Assembly: GCA_032718475.1 (NCBI GenBank) | Contig: JAUCBJ010007517.1 | Location: 1-64,000 of the forward strand | Direction of reading: 5' to 3' | DNA length: 64,000 bases | Source: Nemertoderma westbladi | Lineage: Eukaryota; Animalia; Xenacoelomorpha | Shown here: piece after piece, positions 1 to 11,539 of the stretch | How the letters are laid out: the number at the start of each line of letters is the position of its first letter | How positions within the stretch are numbered: position 1 is the stretch's first letter | Position numbers and translations under genes: made by a program | Notes under the pieces: generated by a model | Seen by the model: only the letters and a program-made list of their open reading frames with translations | What the model was told of the DNA's origin: nothing | Databases searched by the model: none

Positions 1-264
1 AAAATCGACCTCCGGTGACATAAGGTCCCTTTTCTCGTGGCCAGCCACAATTAATGATTTCAAGAAAAATACTCAGTGACTGTCTGACATTTTGTCGACG
101 ATTTAAAAGTAAAGTAGTACTTTTAGTTAATTAAATTAGGAAATTAATTAAATTAGTGTATGTTAATGGAGGAGGCCGTTGTCGATGACTTTGGTTGAAT
201 GGGGAATAAGTAAGAAGAAATACGGATTGCCTTTATACTAACTTGCAAATTCAGTGTGGGGTGC

Positions 265-668
265 GGGCACTAATGACTCGCGGGCACTAATGACTCGCGG
301 GCACAAATGACTCAATTGCAGACAAGGTCCTCGGGCACTAATGACTCGCGGGCACTAACGTCTCAATTGCAGACAAGGTCCTCGGGCACTAATGACTCGC
401 GGTCACTAACGTCTCACTTGCAGACATGGTTCCCGGGCACTAATGACTCGCGGGCACTAACGTCTCAATTGCAGACAAGGTCCTCGGTCACTAATAACTC
501 GCGGGCACTAACGTCTCAATTGCAGACAAGGTCCTCGGGCACTAATGACTCGCGGTCACTAACGTCTCACTTGCAGACATGGTTCCCGGGCACTAATGAC
601 TCGCTGGCACTAAAGTCCTCAGACATTAGTGCCCGCGGGCATTAAGGACTCGCAGACACTAACGTCCC
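265..668. repeat. Minisatellite built from GGGCACTAATGACTCGC units and ~57-nt higher-order units
   Basis: Tandem copies are directly visible; ORF 307-645 merely translates the repeat. Confidence 0.9.
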
Positions 669-844
669 CCAATCATAGATGGGATGTTATTGTTGAAAAA
701 TTAAGTCATTGTTGTCATGTTGATATTGTTTGACGGGATTTTTTGCCGCTTACTCTGGTTGTTTGGTTCCTTCAGAATGTCCCGCATGCTGACAAGTGCA
801 CTTGCAACAAGTGAGTTGTCACTACTTGAGACGTCGAAATTTAG

Positions 845-1200
845 TTGTAATAGGCGATGGTCAGAGACAGGGTTGGGTATCCAATAGGAAAGGTTAAAAA
901 TGAATTAAGTCAATGCTGCAATAGTTGTTGATCAGACACCAGTCTAGTTGACTTTGGTGGTCACCCCTGAAGAAGGTGAAAAACACCAGCATTCTTATTA
1001 AGTGATTGACTGGCAACAGTTGGAATATGGAAATGAGATTATTGGCATCTCTCCCATTGGAGTTGATACATTTATCAGGGTTATATCCGTATCTAACTCC
1101 TGTGTTATCTTTGTTAAGATAGGTCATACAGTAGGTTTACAAATCACAGTTAAAGCGTGTAGGGGCAAACTGAATTGGACTGTTTTTTACAACCAGTTTA
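845..1200 (-). pseudogene. Degenerate APE-type endonuclease fragment of a non-LTR retrotransposon
   Basis: Minus-strand translation D..INSNGR..., FTFFRG..SQLDWCL, followed in a shifted frame by WIPNPVSDH (APE SDH motif). Confidence 0.55.
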
Positions 1201-1593
1201 ACGTAACCTGAAAGCATCACTGATTGATATTTCGGGAATGACGGTTTCCCTATATCTAATAGAGATTAGTACACTTTCTTATATAGGCTCTCGTGCTGCG
1301 CGAAGGCCCCACAGCGTGTATTATTATTATGTGCCTAACTTTATACACAATATATTGCTAGGCAATAATAATTTATACTACAACACACAATACAGATTCA
1401 CATTCAAAGAGGCAGGTGAGCATAATTAATTTTACTTATTCTACATAAAGGAGTTTTTGCTAGAGAAACGTTCTGACATTGCTAATAATAATAAATAATT
1501 AATAGGCAATCCAATACAAAAACGTCAATTATGTTACCATTACAAAAGAAATGTATTGGTTAGGAATCGATGAACCAGTTGGAAAGGTTACGT

Positions 1594-1883
1594 CGCGTTT
1601 CGGCAACTGTCACCTTTAGGCAACTCAAATTCGCGTTTCGGCAACTGAACAATTACGTGTCACCAACTGCTATAGTCGCGTTTCGGCAACTCGTAGTTGC
1701 ATTTTGGCGAACTGAAGTCGCGTTTCGGCAACTCGTAGTTGCATTTCGGCGAACTGAAGTCGAGTTTCGGCAACTCGTAGTTGCATTTCGGCAACTGAAC
1801 AATTACGTTTCACAAACTGCTATAGTTGTGTTTCGGCAACTCATAGTTGCATTTCGGCGAACTGAAGTCGCGTTTCGGCAACT
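1594..1883. repeat. 21-nt minisatellite (GCGTTTCGGCAACTCGTAGTT-like)
   Basis: Tandem copies are directly visible. Confidence 0.9.
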
Positions 1884-2820
1884 AGGTATCGTATCTGTAT
1901 CTGTAATGTATTTATGACTGCACTCATTATGTAAGTATATTATAAATTATGACAAGTTTAAATTAGTTATAGTTTTTGACGGCAGAGTTGTTAACTGTTG
2001 AATTAGTTACTTAATTTTAAATATACCCGCAGCTAAAGTTGTGCATGTGTACGTTTGGAACTGGAGTCTGTCTGTCTGAATCACAAATCCCGTGTACAAT
2101 TTCCAAGGGAGTTTTTTTAATACAAAGTGAAGCGCACATTGCTGGGCGGGGTTTCCAGCAACAACTTCAGTAAAAATTTATATCAGTTACTATTTTGTTG
2201 AATTGGCTATTTTTTTTAAATATATTTTATTAATATTTTGCTCACTCAGGCTTACCGGTACAATATTACGCTTACAAGGGGATATAGACTTCCACGACAG
2301 GTGTAGTATATCACTAACTCTGATTTTATGGATCATTTTTACGACCATTACTGTACAACCTGATACGACTTGGCTTCCTTAAATTACGACAGTTTCACAC
2401 CATTTAAGAGCTTTCACAACCCACCCCAAAGCCAAAGATAAACTAAACATAAGCAGCATATTTGTGGAATAGCAGTTTGAACCTTCATTAAAATCCCCCC
2501 ACTGCGCTATTGGTACAGTAATAGTCATTTAACCACAGTTAAATGGATTTTCCGCAATGGAGATTGTATATCTTGATATTGCTGCTCCTGGTGACTCATT
2601 AATCCTGTTTAGCTACCTACTGTACCTATACACACAGTATAGACATTTGGTTCAGGGTAACGCATGCTTACTGCACGGTAGGCCTACAGTTTACAAGCCT
2701 TTACCTATTTAGAAAGTGCTTGTGATTGGCTCATTCTAGACCAGGCAGTCAACATTACCGTCTTTGTTTATATTATATTGTATGGGTTTGGCCAAGGCAG
2801 GAAAAATTATTACAATAATA

Positions 2821-3871
2821 CGGTGTTCGGACACTTCCCCCCCCGACACTTCCTCCCCAGACACTTCCCCCCCGCGGACACTTCCCCCCCCCCCCCCGAC
2901 TGTTCTTAACTTCGCACATTTGTATTTTTCATTTTGTAAGGTAAACGGACCGCTTGTATCCAGATAAGTTGTATCCAATTTTCCTTTCGTAGCTCAGAAA
3001 GTGATCCTTTGCACCCCATTTTACATTTTATAGCCAAGTTTTATTTATGGGTTTTATCAATGCAATTACATCGTATTGTTTTCTAATCTTTAAACAATTA
3101 ATTAGATGACCTATAAATTCCATCCCCGGAATGATATACTGTTTTTATTAACTATAGAATATTATTGTTGCAATCAAAATTATACCTCTCCAGGGTAAAA
3201 TCGACATGCGTCGACCTGTATTCTGTGTTCAGCATTACATATTGATATACATATTACTACTATACATACTATACAGATATTATACACACTACATATTAAA
3301 TTTCCTGGTTACTTGTAATATTTTTAATAGGATTTTGTTGAATTATATAATATTGTAGTAATTTATATATTAAATTGGTCAACATTCAATACAGCTCCTA
3401 CTTTAGGCTTAGTCAATTTATTATCTGATGATACAAACATGAATTAATTATTTCAAAGTGGTCTTAAGTCTTTCACCACGGGCACACAGGGAAATGCCGG
3501 GGTTTGGGGGCGGCAGCCCCCAAGAAAAGAAGCGGGGGTTTGGGGGCGGTAGCCCCCAAGAAAAGAAGCGGGGGTTTGGGGGCGGTAGACCCCAAGAAAA
3601 GAAGCGGGGGTTTGGGGGCGGCAGCCTCCAATTAAAAGAAATTAAAGGAATTAAAAGAAAAACAAACAAAATTTGACTATAAAAATGTTTCTTTTATAAT
3701 TTTGAAAAAACTTGTCTAGATACAACTTGTCTTGTAACCATCTTTAACTTTTGTTTATTGCTTTGATGCACCCAGATTAATTTCAACACTTTAACTGGGA
3801 GAGAAGTGTCCGGGGGATAAGTGTCCGGGGGGAAGTGTCCTACTTGGGCGGGGGGGAAGTGTCCTAGATCC
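2821..3871. mobile_element. Non-autonomous DNA element with GGACACTTCCCCCC inverted subterminal repeats and an internal 36-nt tandem repeat (about 3497-3628)
   Basis: GGACACTTCCCC repeats on the left, GGGGAAGTGTCC on the right; a related inverted fragment lies at about 32250-32550. No TSD resolved. Confidence 0.55.
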
Positions 3872-4716
3872 TTACGAGTCATCTCTAGAAAGTCATATGG
3901 GCTGTCCAACATACTTATTTTTTATTCTCTACATGAGGCCGTTAACGCACAAGTATGTGTGCAGGCTGGTCCTCAAGGCGAGAACCATAATATCCTGTAG
4001 AGTGCACCTAATTTAAGGAAGCCAAATGACGTCACTCCCCAAAACAATGCCCATGTAATATAGGAAAGCAAAGAATCTAACGATATGGGTACATTGGTTC
4101 TGCAGGGTGATACTAATGCACATACATGGCAAAGACGCTCACTAGGTGGCGTACGAGACCATCTCCCATTTTCGCTTCGTAAATTATGTGAGAATGTAGG
4201 AAATCTTGAGACTTGTAAAGGCTTTCTTATGATAATCCGTACACATAAATTATAATTATTATAATCAACCTAATTGAGGATTTAATAATGTCCGGTAGAA
4301 TTTAACCAATTGTCTGCTTTTTTTAACCCATTTAATTTTCACTACGTAGGCTTACTGTAATGGTCCCGAGGGGCATATTTACAAACCCCATACAGTCTCG
4401 GCACTGGCAATGTAATTCAACCTGAATTTAGAACCAGATCAGCAGTTGTTGTGATAAGGAACTCAGTGCTGAGACCATATTTATTTATTTATTCGTCCGG
4501 ACTTTTTACACACCCAACGCCCTGTGACTAGCATTGGCTAGCATTGGCTAGCATTGACTAGCATTGACTAGCATTGGCAGGCATTTTTAAACTATAATTC
4601 AAAATGGATGCTTCTATACCTATAAATCAAAATTTACTGCTTCTTGCAGTTATTAACTAACAGAAGAAGGAACAGAAAATATAGGTTGTTTCTGGGTACA
4701 TCCCTTGTGCTCATGT

Positions 4717-5908
4717 TGTACGCGCTTTTGAAGACCTTTAGCAGTTTAACCTGCTAAAATTTATATGTCTTTTGGTTTATAAATAGACTTTTAGTAAATG
4801 ACAAGTATTTAATACCAATAAACACAACATTAGCCGAAGCCAGCCTAGTGCGCGTCCATTCACCCGCTGGATATACCCGGGAGACTGGATTCGGATGGGG
4901 CTTAGATTTTATTATTGCAGTGAAGCCTACTGTATTATTCGATTGATCGTTAATAAATAATTTCTGACCAATATTATTCACTTTCGGGAAATATTAACAG
5001 TTCCTTTAGGACGTGGCGCTCTATCTAGGTAAACAGAGATATGACTTATACTAAACACAACGGTAAGGCTTATGTTTCACGTATAAGGCGCATTCTTTAG
5101 GAAATGCTTTGTTATCAGCCACAATCATGCACACTACCGGTACCGCACAATACTGCACACTTATCTGCCGACCGTCAATGAATTTGATCACACATAAAGA
5201 GAACAGCAATTGACTCATGTAGTGCCTATCAAATAGCATTAGGTTCACTACAAACCACGATAACATAAGTCGCAATCGCTATATGTAACCCGTCTCTCTA
5301 ACCTGTAGTGTATCAAGAAAATTGGGAAATTTGGGTTCTTTATAGATGTTCTCCAAATAATAATATTCAACCATCTGATTCAAATAATTACAACAGTAAA
5401 TAGCAGTATAATAATGTATGTTGCAGTGATATAAGACTGCTGCTGATTGCACTGGTTGTACTGGACCGATAACAGTTATACGTTCTATAATCTAAGCCTA
5501 CTAATGTTTCTTCTAAAGTCTGAAACGAATTGACTCTAGAGCCGGTGTTCTTGGCCTAGATAAAAAACAACACAACAGTAACAAGAAAAAAACAGTAGAC
5601 TGAACACGCCTAGCACGATCTGTAGAATATCTCCACATCGACAGTAAAAATCGCTCTGATTGGCTGTTAAGCTGAAACAAAGAACCATGTGTCCAACGGC
5701 CGTTTCCATGCCAGCAACCAGCTGTTAGATGTCGTAATCTGAATCATCAAGGCTACACTGTGCTAGAGAATTTGACGCATTGCGGGTTTTGTGCCTTACC
5801 ATGTCCGCCAAAGCACACATATAGAAGAATGACGTTTATGTCCGTTAAAACACCTACAACGGTACTTTGCGGGCAGGGGGAGTGATTATATCCGCAAAAG
5901 CTTTTACA
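4717..5908 (-). repeat. 3' LTR of family A copy 1 (1192 bp)
   Basis: Ends TGTACGCGCTTTTG / CAAAAGCTTTTACA form an imperfect inverted repeat; 4717-5576 matches 21004-21863 with few substitutions. Confidence 0.9.
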
Positions 5909-5916
5909 CCGCTCCC
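5909..5916 (-). promoter_or_regulatory. Polypurine-tract-like site of family A (GGGAGCGG)
   Basis: Lies immediately before the TGTA LTR start on the minus strand; conserved in copy 2 at 34326-34333. Confidence 0.7.
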
Positions 5917-5986
5917 AGAAAATGGGATTCAAGTCTATAAATATACAAAAATCACAGTTTCTAATATACGTAAATACTCTAAACAG

Positions 5987-7431
5987 TTAGTCTTTCTTGC
6001 GCGGACGGCGTTTACGCAGTTTTTTAAAGCTGGCCAGAGTCCTTTTCTCTTTGGGGCGAGCCACTTTACAAGGAGGGCTATAACTCCTGGGTGAAGGGTG
6101 CAATATGATTGCATCAGAGTGTGTAGGATTATGGTCGGTGTATCCGCCAGTCGAAGTACCGGGTTGATTGACATCAACGTCGGGGGAGAGGGGTCTAACG
6201 GCCTTGAGAGCGCGTTTTAGGACAGCCGCTCTTACGGGTCCTTTACGAGTGGTCTGAACGAGAGCCGTGGGTGGACCATAGGCAGTCAGAAACCTCCTGG
6301 GTTTAATGGTTCTTTCCAACTCGCGTTCGCGGGCTCGGTATTCGTAAGGCCGTCGATATACTTCCTGTAACTCGGGGTGTGAGTTAACAAATAAGTCTCC
6401 ATAGTCCGGATCCTGACGGATATAATTGATTAAGTTATAGGAATGAAGGTCGCTAGGATTAACACTCCTGAGAAATTTGCGTACAAACTTGGTTGAAATA
6501 CATTCTCCGACGCGCTTCAGTAGTTCGTAACTCGATATGCATGATTTCTGTTCGACAGAAGCGAATAGATAAGGATGGAACGCATAAATTCCTTCGTAAG
6601 CGCGTCCAGGATAATAACGATGGCGCGAATCACAATGTAAATCAGCGTTCGCTTCCCAAGCTCTGATGTAACGTAGTGTGATCATTTCATCTACGCTTTC
6701 CAAATCGTGATTAAAAGGGCAATCGAAACTGGCGTGTCCCTTTAGTTGACAATGGTGACATTGAGTCATAAATTGAGGGCAAACCGCAAAAATGTGCAAG
6801 TTATTGAGTCTGCAATACGCGCAATAAATTTCCATCGCCGGTTGTTCGTGGAAATAGGAACAGCGGACGTTTGTGTCCATGGGCGTAACATGATCTCTCG
6901 ATGCGCATAACCGACAACGTTGCCGAGAAACATAGTTGGCATGGCGATAATCGTACGCAGTGAGACACTGTGGACCTTGATACCATTCTAGGATGTAATC
7001 GTTGTCGCTGTTCCGGGCGCGATAGGCTGAATCTCCTCAGATTCTAGACATATTGGTTCGTCTTCCAAGTGCATAGCTGAGGTGGGCGTGTCTGTCTCTT
7101 CAAGTGGACCTATTGTCTGAATTTCCACGACAGAATAACCTGTGGGGATTCGAGGTCTTTGTATAACAGAGGAGTGCAAGTTCGATATACAAATCTCTTT
7201 GAAAATGGCGAATCCAGCGCTATCCAACTTCTCTGCAGCTGAGTTTCTTAGGCTGAGCTTGGTCAAAGCGCGGTCTTTAAATTGGCTATCCACGTTGCGG
7301 AACGGGGTTAAAAATCGCCGGAAACATTCGAAGTGGATGAATTTATTATGTTTATCTAGCTTAGCGAGTTTGGTCCCAAGTATTAATGGATGGGCGCGTA
7401 TAGTACGACTGCACACACTTGGGCTAGCCAA
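5987..7431 (-). pseudogene. C-terminal part of the family A extra ORF: Cys/His knuckle array and basic tail, split over frames
   Basis: The frame of ORF 5987-6880 extends upstream to CRLCASRDH; then CAYC...H....CP and CHHCQLKGHASFDC; ends FKKLRKRRPRKKD. Also present in copy 2 (about 34404-35480). Confidence 0.7.
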
Positions 7432-10241
7432 CCGGCAAGTGCGGTGTTTTCAAAGATCGTGTAGATAGCTAAGGAGGGACGGAGTGGAACACTCATGAAG
7501 CTATACACGGCGCCAGGTGCGGTCAATGGTCCATCAAAGTATAATCGAGAATAATGGTCTCCGTATACTTGTTGATAGTTGATGGGATTTCCGACTTTGA
7601 AATTCCATCCGTATTCCTGAAAGGCAAGATGTCCGATGGAAGTTCGTTGCACCTTTGTAATGTTGCTAGACGTATTAGCATACATGGTGCGGAAGAAACC
7701 TCGACCTTCTGCCCAGGGAGCAATCAGCTGCGTATCTACGAAAGGATATGGGATATTTTCCATATTCCGAAAGTCGTTTTGGAGATCTCCATAAACAGCT
7801 GAGCCGATTTTAAGGATTCTTTCGTTGAACAACATCTCGAGTACGGGCTGAGGTAACATCGATCCATCGATACCCATGGCCGGTTTGCGTTCGGTGTCGA
7901 TGACGTAACGCTGCGCGAGTTCGAATTGTCCATGTCGGAGATTCCTTTATGTTTCGGTGAGAGCTTCAAAGGTATAATCAATCACGTCGGAACACGCTCG
8001 AGTAAAGACGTGGGTAGAACCAGCTAATCCGCGTATGTGGATCATGCGCATAGTTCCTAGTTCTCTGACCGGAACGCTACCTTCATTATCGTAGGTGACA
8101 ACTCCATACATCTCAATAACATTAAGAGTTTCATTCCACTCCTTGGTGGCGTTCTCTAGGGTCATCCCTACTGGATGCCACAAGGTGGCGCATTGGTTAG
8201 CGTCAGGGAGATCACTATACTTCATGTGTCGAGTGGTATACGTCTCCACATTTCCATATCTTTGTATTTTCTCTTCTTCAAATAATACATCTAGATTCCA
8301 ATGGACTAATCTAGTTTTAATAAATCCATCGAGATTATAAGGAGGTTCTATATCCTTCTCGATTCGAGAAATGTTATATGGTTTTCTAAATGAGTTTACC
8401 TTTACTAACTGATCCAGATGTTTCTGCAATTGTTCGAGCTCGACAATGTCTAGAGGATTTATTAGTGGTAGAAACTTTAAACTATGCGTCGGGTCTTCTG
8501 GTTTTACCATATAATATTGAGTCAGATTAACGTAATAAGGGTGGTCTTTAATCCCATAAAACGAGTTCTGTAAAGGTCTAGCGCGTATGTTGACATCGTG
8601 TACCATACGACGGACAAGATCCGCTTGATTGTCCGGAGGTTCAACGAGTATACCGTCAACACGAGCGGCCTCGATCGGCGGATGCTGTAACATAGGGGCG
8701 TCAGCGATAAGATTTTGCGATCCTGTACTGATATCAACCGGTTGAGGTTGTATCGTCGCGAAGAGTTTGTCTCCGAAATGTGGAATCATCGAGGGATGAC
8801 GGACGGTTTTAGAGTAGAGATCTGTCATAAGGATTTGAGCTTCGGGTTGGGCTAAAGCGGCTTCTTCTCTCTCGTCCATTTTCGTGTGTTTCTCCTCGAG
8901 TAGATTTTCTTCCGCTTGTTTCTGTAAGCGTTCATCTAGAAACTCTTGTAGAGAATACGTGCGTCCAAGCTCGATGTCCTCCTCGAGGTTTTGGATTTCT
9001 CTATCGAACTGTGGCAAGGCTAACTCCTTCACCGATTGGACTTGTTGTCGTAATTTACGTTTCTCTAAACAATCTTGTGTTCCCTTTCCGATGTTCTGTC
9101 GAATAGTGTCTAAAGCGTTTCTTATAACGCTCTCCTCGACTTCCGTGGCGGGTTGCATCGGGTTTAATCCTGGACGATTGTAAGGATCAAAGGGCGATAT
9201 TAGCTGCCCGCATCCCAATCCGGCTAAGTAGGATGGGCGAATGTCTAACGAACCCACTACCGGAGCACCACCGATTAATTGTTCGGGTAACACTAAGTCT
9301 TTGAACAGGGAATATAGTTCGGGAGGATCAGTGATACTGTTAGGATCAAGAGTTTGAGGTCTCACTAGGGAATGAGGAGGCCTGACCGAGTATTCCGGAA
9401 CTCTGATCATGGGTTTATTCAGTGATCGTTTAAGACGAGCGATCGTAGGTGATACGTCGAACAGGTTTTGCTCGAAACTCCCGTAAGTATAACGCGTAAA
9501 GCTGTGTTTAGCGCAACGTCTCCGCGGATGTTTATGTCTTTCAGTTTGTTGGTTGGGTCTAGGGCATTCGTCACAATAATACCAAAGACGTACGTCCTGT
9601 AGAGGAAACGCGGGTGATCTTTCTCCAGTTTTGCAATATTCTTCCATTTGTTCAAAACTATCCGGGATAACAGGTAGTGGACGATCGGCGGTAAGATACA
9701 TCATAGTGAAATAGAGCCGTTTGAGTTCTACCATAGGGTCATGATGTATACCTTGAGGATATCGAGTCTCTAGGTTCTGCTGACTGGCGATGTTGAGATA
9801 GGTTTCTCTCAAAAATTCTAGGTAGTCGTTGAAGTCGATGCGTTTATCCGGTTCTTCAACGTTTTCTCTTTCCAGTCTATTACGAATAGAATTTTCGTGA
9901 TCTATTCTCGGTTTATCGTTACGACTCCGCTGGGTATGATATTTAAATAGAACCATTTCCCTTTCTGTATCTACATCGTCCGTATCATGTAAATCGATAG
10001 GATGGCCGGTAGTTAAGAAGTCCATATACGTACCATTACGATTCGTATAGCGAGCGGTGAATTTTCGATAGTCCAATTCACGCGTAAGTTGCTCTTGGGA
10101 CATCGGCGGTTCGATATAACGACCATCGTCCTCCGTAATGGTTGGATCGGCTTCACCGCGTATCAAGCTATCCACAAATGCTTGTAAAGGTAGAGTATAT
10201 CGCTCCCTGATACCAAGATCATCTTCTATCAACTCCGTCAT
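7383..10241 (-). pseudogene. Family A extra ORF with DnaQ/DEDD 3'-5' exonuclease-like domain; one in-frame stop at 7947-7949
   Basis: ORFs 7947-10241 and 7383-7877 are in frame and separated only by TAA. Motifs VVTYDNEG, ILKIGSAVYGD, FVDTQLIA, SIGHLA and PL...IYTIFE resemble WRN/EXD-type ExoI-III. Confidence 0.7.
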
Positions 10242-11539
10242 ATCTGCTATCTGAGTTTATTAAGATCAAAATGAGTTTATGTTTAGGCGAGCGGGCGTCG
10301 CTGCCTATCTCTCTTTGCCCCCGGACAGTGGGATTCTCAGCGCCGATGTACCGTCGTCGCGGTGTTTACGCCAACATGTAGCAACAGCACGACAACGATA
10401 ACCGGCACAAGTCACTCCACTGTCCGTCCCAAAGGCTTGGATCCACTTTAGGTTCTTTCTATAGGAGAGTTGGGCTACTTTTACAATTGCGACTAGCTAC
10501 TGTAAACATACTTTAGCAGTAACATTCACCTATAAACGCACAAATTCCACACAACTGTCACCAATTGTACACATACAGGCCATTTGTCCGTTAGTTAGTG
10601 CCTTCCAGAATGTCACGTTATTACTGTGTATCCTTGGATACTAACAGTGTGCTATGTATTCTCTATGCTATGCAATGGGACAAGCTTTCTATTGTTCTTT
10701 TAACTTGCTTCTAATTCTAGCGTGGGTGTTGCTATGGTGACATTATGGAAAACTAGCGGTAGAATTAGGGTAATTCTCATGCATACAGATCTGGAATGCT
10801 ATTTAATAGTAATTCTTTAATTGTCAATATCCTCTTTATGCATGATTTTATTAATTTTATCGGCTATTGACTATATGTTGGAGATTCTCGCACTCTAATA
10901 CACTCAATAGGATGAATCTCCGCTCCCATGATCTATTAATTAATGGAATTTTGGGAATGTTATAAATTGCAAAAAATGACAATTTATGAAATTCATTTAA
11001 AATATGAATTTAAATTTATTCCCATGAATTTTATTATTTGATGTTAAAATTGACACAATTTTTATTCCAGAGCATGTCTGGGGACTGAGGATCCTTAATT
11101 CTATAAAATTGTCCTTTAAGAGTATCGGTAAGTGCTGCGATATCTTAATTGACTAGAAATTTTAAAGGATCTGAATTTTACAGATTTTAATAAATATTAA
11201 ATTAATATTTAAGATGGGCACCGATTTATTCCAGAACTTGTCTGGGGACGTTAACCACTGATTCTAGAATTTGTCTTTCAAGTATATCGGTGGGTGCCGC
11301 GATATCTTAATCGACTAGAATTACAGATGGTCAAAAGGTTTAACAGATTTATTTGCGTTTTACGCTACTGTTAGAGGGACATCACGCTACTATATGTATT
11401 ATTTAATATAAGGTAGAAGAGCAATATCGCACGAAGCAATATCAGTGTGAAGAGGCAAGTCGTTTCCAAGGTCTACCCAGAGCTTGGTTTAGCCGAGACA
11501 CGAGGATCTGAACTTTGCATTCCTAATACTAATAGCAGG

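Noticed and set aside
307-645. Repetitive 112-aa ORF
   Set aside because: Translation of a minisatellite; the same applies to 1570-1917 and 3448-3676.
7947-10241. env gene
   Set aside because: No evident signal peptide, furin/fusion peptide arrangement or C-terminal transmembrane anchor.
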